Source: Octopus bimaculoides
Taxonomy: Eukaryota
Assembly: GCF_001194135.2 (NCBI RefSeq)
Contig: NC_068983.1
Location: 142,840,264-142,904,263, forward strand
Direction of reading: 5' to 3'
Length of the DNA: 64,000 nucleotides
A program made the position numbers and the translations under genes. Positions within the stretch are counted from its first letter, which is position 1. The number at the start of each line of letters is the position of its first letter. The notes under the pieces are model-generated. The model did not search any database, was not told the origin of the DNA, and saw only the letters and a program-made list of their open reading frames with translations. Below, piece after piece: positions 27,451-40,625 of the stretch.

Positions 27451-27924
27451 TGTACCAAAAATGGTTTTTTGCATGGTCAAAGTGTGTGCCATCCCTTCCA
27501 CAGAGCTCTAAAAGGATACTTATTAAATTTATTGTAAAGGTCCTGAATATACAATGAAATGCTTTGCAATAGTTGTAATTTCATTTATTTATTTGTAAGG
27601 CTGAGTTTCAGATCAGGACATCCACATAAATTGAATTTTCTCCATTTGGATGGAGATTTTTTCTATTTTTTTAACTGTGTAGCCTTGGAAATAAAGGAAA
27701 GTTTTTTATAAAACAAAATTTTCAAAAATTTTATGATTTTTAAAAATCCTATGAACCAATTTAGGCCAGTTTTTTCTTGGCATTAGGCAGTGGGAGAAGC
27801 TTTTATGGTGGGAAAAAAAAATGAAAATATTCTGAAATGAAAAGGTGTGTTATTTAAGGGAGATTTAGCTGCGGTTTCTGGTGTGTTACCAGGTCATCAT
27901 GAGATGTGCTAGAAACAGCACATC

Positions 27925-28517
27925 GATGATTGAGAAGTGGTGATGAGTGATAATTCTGTAAATAATGATATTTTATAAGCTTAAAGAGAATACTCTAATA
28001 TTGGGGCATATAAGCGCTTGATGGATAAAAGTGGGTTTTCCGTATGCATGGGACTCGAACCCACACTTCTATATATTCGCGATAAGTGTGCTACCATTAC
28101 ATCAATGTACCCACTTGCTTCTTCCTGTTAGAGTTAAGAAGTATAATTTCATAGTGTTGTTTTTTTAAACAAACAAGAATGTGTTTTCTGCGATGATTTG
28201 AGAAGCGGTGACAAGTGACACTTCTGTGAATAATAATAATATTTTATAAGCTTAAAGCTTATAAGCAATTACTGTGTATTGACTAAAGAAAATAGTCTAA
28301 TATTGGGGCATATAAACCCTGGGAAGAAGTGAGTGGGTACGTTAGCGAAGTGGTAGCACACTTATCGCAAATATACAGAGGTGTGGATTTGAGTCCCATG
28401 CATATGGAAAACCCACTGTCTTCCATCAAGGGTTTATACGCCCTAATATTAGAATATTTTTGTTAGTTAATACACAGTGATCAGTTATAAGCTTTAAGCT
28501 TATAAAATATTTTCACA

Positions 28518-28520
<3 letters not shown>
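27925..28520. mobile_element. Two adjacent copies of a TIR-bounded element with a tRNA-like core
   Basis: 28222-28520 has ~100-bp inverted arms around a core with A-box- and B-box-like motifs. 27925-28120 has one arm plus the core inverted, with B box GGGTTCGAGTCCC. Confidence 0.65.
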
Positions 28521-28559
<39 letters not shown>

Positions 28560-29279
28560 ACATATTACGTAGATAACCCAAATTTTTGAAATTCTTCCTA
28601 CCATGCTGTTAGGGAAAAATAACTGTAAAATGAAAAAAAAAAAACCCAAAAAATTTGTGGTGGAGGTAAAACCAGAGACTTCTAGATAGCACTGTTTCTG
28701 ATATATTACTTTTATGAAAGTATTCTAAATTTTGATTTTTCATAGCCTTTAATAATTAGTGAAATAATCATGAAATTTTTTTCATAGCTGAATGCATTCA
28801 TTTATTGATGCCATTTCTTCTTGGAATTTTCTAATGGCATGATTTACCATCTGTTCCAGCCACTGTTATTTCCTTATTTCAGAATGCTTAAATATTTTTG
28901 CTCATCTTTCAGAAACATAAATATATATTTCAATTGCCTAACTCTTCACAATATTAAGTATAGGGCTTATAAAATATATTTCATAGTCACATTTAGGTTA
29001 TTGGTTAATTTACTTCTCTTAGCAGATTTTATTCTCTTGTTATGTGCATTTTTCAGCACACGAGTCTTTTTTGCATGTATTTTTGACAAAACTCAGTTTC
29101 TAGTCATACATTATAATAATTAATGATTTCTTGTTTGAGAAAGCAATCTTGAGAATACAATCTTACTTGAAGCTAACTAAATTTGCTTAATCATTGAAAA
29201 AGAGAATTTCAGTCAAGAATGAGTTTTTGTGGTCACATTTGATGTAAGCATCATCATCACCACCATCATCATCATCACC

Positions 29280-30230
29280 ACCATCATCATCATCATCATT
29301 TAACATCTGTTGTCCATGCTGGTATGGGCTGGATGGTTTGACCAGAGCTGGCAAGCTGGGAAGCTGCTCCAGACTCCACTCTAATTTGGCATGGTTTCTA
29401 TGGCTGGATGCCCTTCCTAAAACCAACCACTTTACAGTGTGCTGAGTGCTTTTATGTTGTACTGCATGGGTGCTTTTACATGGCACTGCTTGGGCACTTT
29501 TATGTGGCACTGTCATGAATGCTTTACATCACCAGAAGGTCAGGTCTTAACACTTCTGATGTTAAATACAAGGCACCAGGCATCTCAGTCCTTTGTTGTC
29601 TCACCTGAAAGGTTCAGTGTCCTGAGGCTGTTCTTTAGTACTTCATCTCATGTCTATCTGGGTTTCATCTACTTTGAGAGATTGGCACTTCTTTATGGAG
29701 TTGTCAGCATCCATCCGCATCACATGACCAAACCAGTGCAGTGTTCTTTCTTGTACTTAGCAGCCAACTTCTCTTATGCCTAACTTCTCTCTCAAAACAC
29801 TAGCACTCTGTTGAACATGTACACTTACAATACACATCCAGTGGAGCATACTAGCCTCATTCCTTTCTAACATTTGCATGCCCTCTGCATTCAGGACCCG
29901 CATCTCACTACCACGTAGAATTACTGTCTGTATACATGCATCATACAATCTTCCTTTCACTCGGAGAGAGAAACATCTCGTAGCCAACAGAAGTAACAGC
30001 TCTCTGAATTTCCTCCATTCTATTCTTATTCTAGCTATCACACTCTTTGTGCATCCTTTCCCACTACTAATTTAGTCCCCTAGGTAGTAGAAATTATCTA
30101 CTACCTCTAATGAGCCACCAGGGCAATTGAGAGAATCAATTTCTCAAGTCTCCAAAGTTTTTATGGATTCCGTTTATCTTCCACATATGAAAACTATCTT
30201 CTCTGATAACCTTTCTATTAATCCATTGCA
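29280..30230 (-). mobile_element. RTE-clade LINE, 3' fragment
   Basis: ARIRIEWRKFRELL...KGRLYDACIQTVILRGSE translation. The 3' UTR ends in a (GAT)n tail. Same family as 62960-64000. Confidence 0.85.
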
Positions 30231-30699
30231 CCTCTTGTGTGTCCATAGCTTACACTGAGTACATTGTATGGAGTTCCTGCCTACACCTTTCCTACAAATT
30301 GAACAGGGCCACCTACCTGAGTTGGGTAGGGTCCTGTCAGTTTTCTTGCTTAGTCTTTGCTAAGTTAACCTTAAGGCCCTTTGTACAAATAGAGAAACCA
30401 AACTGTGTGTGTGATTTTCAAATAATTTGATACTTTATATCATCATCATCATCGTTTAATGCCCGCTTTCCATGCTAGCATGGGTTGGACGATTTGACTG
30501 AGGACTGGTGAACCAGATGGCTACATCAGGCTCCAATCTGATTTGGCAGAGTTTCTACCGCTGGATGCCCTTCCTAATGCCAACCACTCCGAGAGTGTAG
30601 TGGGTGCTTTTACGTGCCACTTTATATATATGGGACATCATAGGCTATAGGAAAAATTAAATATAATGATGATTACATGAAGCATACAAAGAACTCAGA

Positions 30700-31560
30700 A
30701 TTGCAGGTTATATATAGATCCATTTGGTGTGTGTGGGAGGAGGGTAATGGCAAATGTGGTGTTGTGTATGAAATGTGAGAAATGGATTCATGGTAGATGT
30801 GAAAAATGAAGAAGGTAACCCCAAGACTGGCAAGAGATTTTATTTGTGGAAGATATGAGAAAGAAGCTGGAGAGCTGGCGGAACCAGTGGAAATGCTATA
30901 TGACAAGGTGGAAATGGTGATAGGGTTTTGTTATTTGAGAGATAGGGTGGATATAAGTGATGGATGTGAAGAAGCTGTGACAGCAAGAGCGAGACTTGGC
31001 TGGGTGAAGTTCAGGGTATGTGGAGCGTTATTATATGGAAAAAGGTTCTCCTTGAAGATGAAAGGATGGGTTTATCGGAGTTGCATGAGATCTGCAGTGC
31101 TGTATGGGAGTGAGTCATGGTGTCTGAGGGAAAGCAAAATGGCAATTTTGAGAAAGACTGGGAGAGCAATGGTGAGAGCAATGCTTGGTGTGAAACTATT
31201 GGATAAAAGGAAGATTGAGGACTTGATGGGGATGCTGGGGTTGGAGGAATCAGTGAAACAGTTGGCAAGGGTGAATGGAGTGTGGTGGTATGGACATGTG
31301 TTGAGGAGGGATGAGGATCATGTTCTGAGGAGACTGCTTGAGTTTAAAGTGAATGAACTGTGAAAGCGAGGTCGACCAAAGAAAACGTGGAGGGGACAGG
31401 TGGAGGAGGAGGAGATTGGGAAGGTTGGCTTGAGGTGGGAGGATGCCTAAAACCAGGCAAGATGGTGTGAGAGTGGTTGCTGTAAGAGTGAGGTAGATCT
31501 GGCCACCTCTGTTAACGGGGACAAACCTGGATTTAAAATATTGAAATTCATCATCATATA
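30700..31560 (+). mobile_element. RTE-clade LINE, 3' fragment
   Basis: ORF 30806-31363: ARARLGWVKFRVCG...VLYGSESW...WYGHVLRR, then GRPKKTW. Closely similar to 54150-54960. Confidence 0.9.
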
Positions 31561-31753
31561 CTAAAAGAAAAGATGGATCAATAGACATTGGAAAAACAAG
31601 ATACATTCAGAATAGGAATGATAATGATGAGGAAAGAAAATAAATTTGAAATAGAAATGATGCTAAGTTTAATTTAAAAAACAAGATAAAATATTTTTTA
31701 ATTTGAGTAAAATTTGAATTTTTTCATTATTCATTTATTTTTGTTATTTCTAG

Positions 31754-31786
31754 CTGTGTATATTCAATATGTTTTAGTCAACTCTG
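31754..31786 (+). CDS. WSC-domain gene, 33-nt exon (phase 1-1 reading (A)VYIQYVLVNS)
   Basis: Strong acceptor tttttgttatttctag| and donor TG|GTAAGT. Length is a multiple of 3, and the exon is open in two frames. Confidence 0.6.
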
Positions 31787-33011
31787 GTAAGTAATATTTA
31801 CTTCAATGATATTTTACTTCATTCAACTTTTAAAAAGAAAAAAATAATAAAAGACAGTTGTAAACCAATTATTCTAAGATAATAGATTCCACAGAGATGC
31901 TTATTGTATGCAGAAAGTTCATATGTGTAAAGTTCATGTTGGTGATGTTTGTTTTTCTCAGGCAAGAAGTAATTTCATTTGTTCCACTTAACAATATTTT
32001 CTTTGATTCTCTGGCTTGTTGAGTTCAGTTATATTTTCAGAGCAAATTATGCCTTTTAATATTTTGAAACATCCCAGTAATGACAACTGGAGCAGCAACT
32101 TTTAAACGGAACGCAATTTCGGATTTCATATTTTCAAATTCAAGACTTGTTGAGGTTGACTTTTCAACTAAATAGAAATTATAAAGTTTCATTATTATAT
32201 TTAGATAAATAGAAGTGTTCATGAATGGTGCCTACTCTTATTTCTATGTGGAATTAAAAACAAAAGGAGTCAACTTACAGACTATGTAAAAAAAAAAAAG
32301 GAAAACAAAACATTTTTCATTTTTCTTTGCTATTTTTCCCTTGTCTATTTATATAAATCACAAATATATAAGAAGAAATTTGTTATGTCTAGAATAGGAA
32401 CTCAGCTGCAAAAACTGTTTTTCTCTTTGAAAATATGGTGATTAATTACTTCACTCTGTGATTCAAGATGGTTTTGAAGATATTTCTTTTCCCTTTTCAC
32501 AATAGCTAACTTTCAAGCTGCTGTTTACATTTTTGCAAGGTGAATCTTTTGTGTTCTGAATTATGTCTTAAAAATTACTGACATCCATCTTTTGTCAGCA
32601 AATAAATCATTTAAAGTTAAAGACAAATTCTGTAGTACAGTTGTTATTATTTGATGTAATAGATTCTAATTGGATGCTTGTTCAAGCATTTGCAGTAAAA
32701 TCACCTATGTCTAGTTTGATAAACAGATTAGAAGCTCTTATTTGTAATAGACAAACTATTTCCCTAGTTGTATGTGTCAGAAAATTGTTCAATTTCAAGT
32801 AATTTCTTTTGAAAATATTCAACATTCAAAAAGAAAAAAAAATTTTTTGAAATTTCATTAAATAATTATTGTTGTACTGTTTCTAAAAAGTATATTTTAT
32901 TAAATATTATTGTTATATTATCTCTGAAATATGTATATTTTTGTTTGTTGTTAGTGGAAAAATATAAGAACTAAAGTTTGAACATAACTTTAAAAAGGGA
33001 AGGGACAAGTC

Positions 33012-34367
33012 GGAGCTTTTCCCTTTGAACGGCACATCAAGAAATTAATTTTTTGTAACTAAACACTTTCAAACTTCGGACACTGGTAGAATGTGTCATA
33101 TAAAACATCTTTTACTCTTAGTGATGTTGAGAAATTATATTTTCAAAGTTATTTCATGTTAAAGTTGTCGTAGTTCAGTAATTTCAACCAATCAATGACG
33201 TGTATTCAGCTGAATAAAATTACTGCCATTATTTGTCAACAACTTCCGGCGGTGTATATTTCGTTTGTCACTGTTATTTATGACATCGTTTATGCGTTTG
33301 TACTGGTTTTAGCTTTGGGTTTTAGAGTTAGGATTTCAGGGTTAGGGATAGGGTTTTAGAGTTAGGGTTAGGGTTTTAGGGTCAGGGTTAGGGATAGGGT
33401 TTTAGAGTTAGGGTTAGGGTTTTAGGGTTAGGGTTAGGGTTTTAGGGTTGGGGTTTTAGGGTTAGGGTTAGGATTTTAGGTTAGAGTTACGGAAAAAGGA
33501 AGAAATTGGAGGGGAGGGGGCAAAAATGTCTTTCCGAAAATAGCAGCTGAAAAACAGGAAAAAAAACAAACTAAAAGCAGTAGAAATGCATGAACGATTG
33601 TGGTGGTGCCATGAAGTAAATATGCTTCAGATACACTCGTTTATTCATACAAACGTAACTGAGATGAAATATGTCATAAATAACACTGACAAATGAAATA
33701 TACACTGCCGGAAGTTGTTGTTGACAAACAACAGCAGTAATTTTATTCAGCTGAATACACGACATTGATTGGTTGAAATTACCAAAATAAGACAACTTTA
33801 ACACGAAATAACTTTGAAAATATAAACTTTTCTTAACAACACTAAGAGTAAAAGATGTATAGGAATGGCGGTTACACACCATTAGGTGTGCACCTACCTT
33901 CCTATATTAAATTAGAATATAAATGGAACGCAGAACTCCAAACTAATCAACACAACAATATTTATTTAAGGAGGTAAATAGACAGCCTTAAATTGTCCGG
34001 TTGCTGAGTAGCCTCCTGTGAGAAAGTCTGGTTGCTGAGACGTCGGAATGTAGATGTGAGCTGTCCCTAGAGTTGAATTGTAGGAGAGACAACTTGCTTC
34101 GACCACACTCGATGAGAGAGCTTGTTGAGACGTCTTGCTTCTTCGCTGTCTGGCGTGGAAAGAGAAAGAATAGAAGTGGGAACGCTTGGATGTTGAAATC
34201 CACGCATGCGTAGTTAAAGATGCAGTAATGGCGACTATGCCTTTTTGGCGCCATATGACGTCACTACAGATGTTTTATACGACACATTCTACCAGTGTCC
34301 GAAGTTTGAAAGTGTTTAGTTACAAAAAAATTAATTTCTTGATGTGCCATTCAAAGGGTAAAGATCC
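33012..34367. mobile_element. Merlin-like non-autonomous DNA transposon with long (~270 bp) inverted arms and internal degenerate (TTAGGG)n
   Basis: Termini GGAGCTTTTCCCTTTGAA / TTCAAAGGGTAAAGATCC and 8-bp TSD GACAAGTC at 33004-33011 and 34368-34375. The arms share sequence with the 517-1322 element. Telomere-like array at ~33310-33490. Confidence 0.85.
33858..34268 (-). mobile_element. Solo LTR (probably Gypsy-type) nested in the Merlin-like element
   Basis: 411-bp insert splitting the host arm sequence gtaaaagatg|ttttatat, with a 4-bp TSD GATG (33854-33857, 34269-34272). The minus strand starts TGTAGTGACG and carries AATAAA. Confidence 0.7.
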
Positions 34368-35058
34368 GACAAGTCTGAATATTAAAACTGACACAATTTA
34401 AATTAAATCTGTTAGAGTAAAAACAGTAGAAATATTTAGAATGGATTATAATGTCTTCTGAGAGAATGTAACTAATAAATTATGCGATTTCTTTTGTTTG
34501 AATCTATAAAGTTATATCATTAGCTACTCATTACCATAAATGAAATGAGAGAATATCTATAATGTAAATTTTATTATGAATGAAAGAAGTAAAAGCTGTG
34601 AAAACTAGATAAGAAAACAGTTAGGATGTGTAGAAGTTGGAGGATAATAACTTCAATACACATAGAACTGAATAAAGACATGTGTGTCTAGTAATTGCAT
34701 TTTAGTTAAAACAGGAAAAGTTGAGACAAGACTGAACTAACAAAAAGTCTTCTCAAGGGATATGGCTTTGAAGAAAAATATGTTGAGAGAAGCAGCAGTT
34801 GCATTGATATTCCCATCTCATGATAGCCTATAAAAAACAAATATAAAATTATTACAATGTTCATTATTTTGATGTTATTATCAGCTGATATTTATTTCTC
34901 AATACATTCATATTGAATTCTCTAAATTCCAATGTTTTTTTAATCACTTATGCCTGTATGTTATTTTGCATCCAAATGAAAACAACTATTCAATGTAAAA
35001 AAATATTATATACAAAAAGACAATGTTATATTAAAAAAATTGTAATTTTCTTCTTAAG

Positions 35059-35181
35059 AAAAACGGAAACAATGTACTGTTCCTCAAAGTACCAATACAC
35101 TTCAAGGTTTCATTAATAAAACCATCCGGTGTAATACATACTTTCAAAGTATATCAAAACGAATGTCTCTTTATACAGATG
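35059..35181 (+). CDS. WSC-domain gene, exon (E)KRKQCTVPQSTNTLQGFINKTIRCNTYFQSISKRMSLYTD (phase 1-1)
   Basis: Acceptor ttttcttcttaag|, donor G|GTAAGT, 123 nt, open, with an in-frame stop immediately upstream of the acceptor. It ends in RMSLYT, which resembles the WSC C-terminal motif (AMQIYKT, HIQVYRT), and is in phase with 36396. Confidence 0.65.
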
Positions 35182-35580
35182 GTAAGTGTATAGACTTTCT
35201 AAATATTTTTCTTTATAACATTGAAAATATTTATAATTACAAATAAGTACAGAGTTATTAATAAAATAATTATAAATTAAAATCTGTAATTAGAAATTAT
35301 TTGTTTTAATGTTATATATATGTACTGTTTGCTTAAATTTTTTCAGTCTTTGACAGTCTCAGTTTGATGTAAACTATTTTCTCCAATTTAAATTTTTGCT
35401 TCTTATGAATCACTGTATTTTTTTCTATGAGTGTTTTTAAATTTAATTTCTCGAGAAATAACATTTTTCTCAGGTATTCTCATTAATAAATATTAGAAAT
35501 ATAATCTGATTTCTTTTGACTGGACATAAAGCTGAGTTTTTAAGAGAGTAAAATAGTATAGTTGACTGAATTGACCTCAG

Positions 35581-35616
<36 letters not shown>

Positions 35617-36395
35617 TATTTAATGTCTGTTTTCCATGCTGACATGGGTTGGACTAATCTCAGAATATTACTGGTATGTATTTTGATCAAATCTGGAAGA
35701 ATGAATGACAGTTAAATATTTATTTTCAAATATTAATGCTATCTATTACATAATATTGATTTATTGATAGAACAATCAGGCTACTGAAAGCTAAGTGATG
35801 TTGTTTCACCATTGTCTCTAGTATAAACTAACACTTTATCTTAAATAACCTCTCAACTATGATATCAGTTCTAACAAGTATTTTGATTGTCAAGTGGTGG
35901 TGGTGGTGGTGGGGGGACAAACACACATACACACACATATGATGGGCTCCCCATAGTTTCTGTCTACCAAATTCACTTAGATGTTGGTGGGTCTGGGGGC
36001 TATAATAGAAGACACTTTCTCAAAGTTCCATGTAGTGGGACTGAATCTAAAAGCATGTGGTTGAAAAGCAAGCTTCTTGACTACACAAGCATGCTGGTGT
36101 CTTAATGGTAATCTTTTTTTATTCTCTTCTGAAAAACAGGTAATATCTGTACACAGATTCTCAGACATTCTGAGTTTTACATTCTATTATAAAACAATGG
36201 TGATGATGATAATGATGATATGAAAGTGCCATCTTGCTTAGAGGGGAAGTGATGTACTTCTATAACAGATCTTTGGCAGTGCTTCATTAAAATTTCTAGA
36301 AAATACAAGCATAGATTTTAACAGAAGTATACTTTTAGATTTATAGCTATATTACTTCTATATTGATATTTGACATAATTTCTATTTTCATACAG

Positions 36396-36534
36396 CTGAC
36401 TATCTTGGTTGTTTTGAAACATTTGAGGAAAAGTTTTCCTTTTATAATTTATACAATTCTAACGAGCTTACTTTGGAAGATTGCATTTTGAAATGTCAAA
36501 GTTATAACATACTTTATGCTGGAGTTAGAAATGG
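36396..36534 (+). CDS. WSC domain 1, N-terminal half: (A)DYLGCFETFEEKFSFYNLYNSNELTLEDCILKCQSYNILYAGVRN(G)
   Basis: Acceptor ttttcatacag|, donor GG|GTAAAT, 139 nt, phase 1-2. Contains the WSC signature YLGCF...LTLEDCxxxC...YAGV. Confidence 0.93.
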
Positions 36535-39145
36535 GTAAATATAATATTCAACTTAACATCATTGATATTTCACACTTTCCATTTTAATTAATACCTTTTT
36601 CCATGCTAGTCCTCTATCATCCTTTTGCACTTACCATTTTCTAATATTCTTTCTTGCTCTGATTCTTTCTCATCTTGCTCTCCTTTATCTAGCAGGGATG
36701 AGACAACCTTCTGGTTCTGGTGAACAAATAAATAGAAACAACAGTGTATTGAAAGTATTCTTTAGTCATGCATGAACATCTCCACTGAATACAGAACTGA
36801 ATCATTGCAGTATATTCATCCTAATTTTGTTATCTGGTTTAAATTTCTCTTCTTTAATCAATCATATCTTCTTTAGTAGCAAAGATATTAGAAAGGCATC
36901 TTCTTTTATTGTTTACTTGTTTCAGCCATTAGAATGTGGCCACACAGGGGCACTGCCTTGAAGAATTTTTAGTTGAATCTGTTGACCCCAGTACTTATTT
37001 TTTAAAGTCTGGTACTTATTCTATCAGTCTCTTTTGCCAAACTGTCAAGTTACAAGGAATGCAAACACACCAGCACTGGTTGTGAAGCACAGACATGAAA
37101 ACACACACACATAGATATTTATATATACATATATATAATAGGCTTCTTTCAGTTTCTGTCTAACAAATCCACTCACAAGCCTTTGGTTAGTCCAAGCCTA
37201 TAGTAGAAGACACCTGCCCAAGGTGAATGCAGTGGTACTGGACCCAGAACCATGTGATTGGGAAGCAAGCTTCTTACCACACAGCTACACGTGCGTCTCT
37301 ATGAAAATAATATTCTTATACATTAATGAAAAGGTCGATTGTTTTGACTGTAATCTAACCAAGATTTTAGAGCTTTCTAAATGAATTTTAAAAAGAAAAA
37401 AATGTTTCAGTCCAAACCCAAGCTAAATACTACTTCAATCTGGTAACCTGAAAGTATTACCAAAATATGCAGTGCTAATTAGTTTCAGTTAAACCAGTTC
37501 TAATTCATCATCATCATTTGCTTAGATTATTTGGCTTAATAAATAGGATGTATTGAGAATCTTTCATTGTTATAAGAGAAACTGATTTTGTGTTCATGTT
37601 GGTATAGGTTGGTATAGCTATTAGTTCTGGAAATTTAGTTATATCAGTCATCCATTCAACTAGTTACTTTTAAATTTTTCTAGTATTAAATTCTGTTGAC
37701 CAGAGAAATGTGGAAAGTAATGTTGATTATATTTTAAAATCGGAACTGAATACAAACTTATGCATGGAAATTGCACTTGTAATTGAAGATGCCAGAAATA
37801 GATCAGTGCAAACGAATTTCAAACCAGTTCTAGCAGGTTTATCTTAACCCTTTCTTCATGTAACATTTAGTAGAAGTATGGATTCAGATCTTATGCAGTT
37901 ATTTTATTGCACATTTAAGCAGTACACTTAATTTTGCATGAATCAGTTTATCTAGTTGTCAGGAATAAGTACTGGGTTACTTGAGAATATTACTTGCAAT
38001 AAACTGGCATCATATGCAGTGAAAAGGTATCTCTCATCTACTTATACTAAACATTGCTCTGTACTTATTGGAGATAAATTTGGAGGCATTCTCAATTAGT
38101 GCATTCAGAGAGCTGACCTCACTGTTAATATGAAGGTATATAATCATGAAGACCTTGCTGATGATTTGAGTAAAGTAATGTTTTGAACTAGTGTCAGGAT
38201 TAATGTTTAATAAATATATTTTTAGATTAAATCATTTTACTTGAAGATCAAAGTTTTATTACTAAGGTGACTGTTGGTGGATACCACAAGCCAACTCTGG
38301 TTGAGTAGATTTATTATATAGATATAGGTAACCAAATGAAAAAAATAAAGAAAACAAATATAAAAAGGAACCTATTAATCAGATCATCATATACAAAATA
38401 TATACTGTTTTTTCTTATTTCTTGATTGCTTATTCCTCGTCATTCTTTTGTTCATTGTTGAGTGGTTTGTAACAGGAAGGGCATCCAGCTATAAAAGACA
38501 ATTACTCCAACATCATGCATCGCTGTTTTAGTATTTTTTCCCAACTTAGCGGTTCGGCAAAAGAGACTGATAGAATAAGTACTAGGCTTACAAAGAATAA
38601 GTCCTGGGGTCGATTTGTTCGACTAAAGGCGGTGCTCCAGCATGGCCGCAGTCAAATGACTGAAACAAGTAAAAGAGTAAAAAAGTAAAGAGTATATATG
38701 TTTTTAAAATAGAGATTTTACAGCAATTTCTATGTATTCTCTTCCACATCCATTGACATGTAAAGTCTAACATTTTCAAATCAGAACTATTCCTCCACTT
38801 CTGTTAAGTGTTCCTTAGTCAGTCTCTATTACAGGTATTTTTGACTAGTATTCTCCCTGTCAATTAAATATCTTTCCATGTTCTGTTTATTTACATTAAA
38901 TCTTCATGTCAGAAAAGTAATCTCTTTCTTGCATATATCATACACTTTTACTGATCAGTTGCTTTCTCAACTTTATTTATTACATTCAGCATTTCTCCTA
39001 AAATTTTCAAATTGCTTAATGTGCAAGATTCCAGATTTTCAAAATTGGGAAAAACCTCAAAAAACATCCATACTGAAATAGAAAATGGAAGAATGAAAGG
39101 CAGTTCTGTAACAATTTTAATTCAAAACTAAAACTATATGCAACT

Positions 39146-39185
<40 letters not shown>

Positions 39186-39857
39186 TTTAACTCTAGGCTA
39201 TTCTGTTTCTTGAAGGTGAATCAGAGTCATTTAGTTACAATGTTTCATGTAAGCTTTTTGACAACAACCAAAAACTTATGTTTAGGAACTGTAAATAATA
39301 GATTTGAAGCATGTACTTAGATAGACTATGAACATACAAAGTAATAGTTTTATTTTCTTACAGAATTCAGCTTTTGAATCCAAATTTCAGTGTAGTACTG
39401 ATTGAAGGATTTCATAAATTTAGTTATTTCCTTCCTAATGTCAACCACTCAAGTCATTTAATTCCTATCAAGTCAACCTTAGTATTGAAGTAGATTATAG
39501 TATAAGTATTTCAATAAGAAATATTTGAAATTAACACTTAAAGCTGATAAGACATTTGTCAATTAAATAGTGATCTTACTGTTTATCTAGGTTTAATGTA
39601 GTTTTTTCAGGGTTCCTATTTACCTCAAGGACTGAAATAATTCACTGAGGTATTGTATGAGGAGGCATTGCCCTCCTAGTACAAGTGTAAAGGGGTACAA
39701 CATTTGATTTGATATCATGCATATTAATGAAAGTGGGAGAATCAAAAGTGTCTTTGTCCTAATCCCTTGGGTGCTGGGAGTCCTTGCTATGACACAGATC
39801 AATTATCATTTTAACTCCTCGTCTGTTTAATTTGCATTAAAATATCTTTAATTATAG

Positions 39858-39988
39858 TAACCAATGTTATTGCACGCCTAACAATGCTCATATAAAACAA
39901 GTTGAAGAAAGAAAGTGTTCAAAAGAGTGTCCTACAGATTTTCGATTTTACTGTGGAGGGAAGAAAGCCATGCAGATTTATAAAACAC
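39858..39988 (+). CDS. WSC domain 1, C-terminal half: NQCYCTPNNAHIKQVEERKCSKECPTDFRFYCGGKKAMQIYKT
   Basis: Acceptor ctttaattatag|, donor C|GTAAGT, 131 nt, phase 2-1. Contains the CxC...CxxxC...CGG...IY signature and joins 36534 in frame (GG+T = Gly). Confidence 0.93.
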
Positions 39989-40625
39989 GTAAGTAATTTT
40001 CAGAAATTATATTCATTTTGTGAAGCTATGTTAATTCGTTACATTTACTTCTCTTTGAAACTTTGAACTTTTTAATTTTCTTCTTTTTTGTTTAATAAGA
40101 AAATCACAAGAGCTGCATGCAGTAAGACAACTTGTCTCTGTGCAAACTAATATTTGATTATGCTTTAAGAAAACTTTATATCACTTCAGTAAAAGCCCTT
40201 TTTATAAGCATTTTACATTCTTGTACCAATAAAAATAGATGGCTGTTGATCTTACCTATTCTTGTTGCTTATTCATCCCCTAACGTTCATCACTTCTCTA
40301 TTTCTTGTCAACCCAATATTATATGTGTAGGTGTTTGTGCCTCTCTGTCCTGACATTGTATGATAGTTGTAGATGAATGTCAGCAGTGTTAGGTCATGGC
40401 AACAAAAGTGGGTTAACAACTGGAAGGGCATCCAGACATAGAAAATCTATTTCAATAAATTCTGCCTGTCCCATGCAAGTATGGAAAAAAGTGGATGTTA
40501 AAATGATAATGATGACGAAAAACGATAATGCAGTGGCTTGGTAGAATTATTACTGCATCAAATAAAACACCTTGAGGTTATTAGTTACAACCTTTTATGT
40601 TCTGAGGACTATTTTTGTCATTCAT

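Noticed and set aside
28336-28408. Functional tRNA gene
   Set aside because: The acceptor and anticodon stems pair poorly and no terminator T-run follows. Reported only as tRNA-like.
32037-32170. Minus-strand terminal-exon-like frame VEKSTSTSLEFENMKSEIAFRLKVAAPVVITGMFQNIKRHNLL*
   Set aside because: No recognisable homology and no consistent chain of upstream minus-strand exons. Left unassigned.
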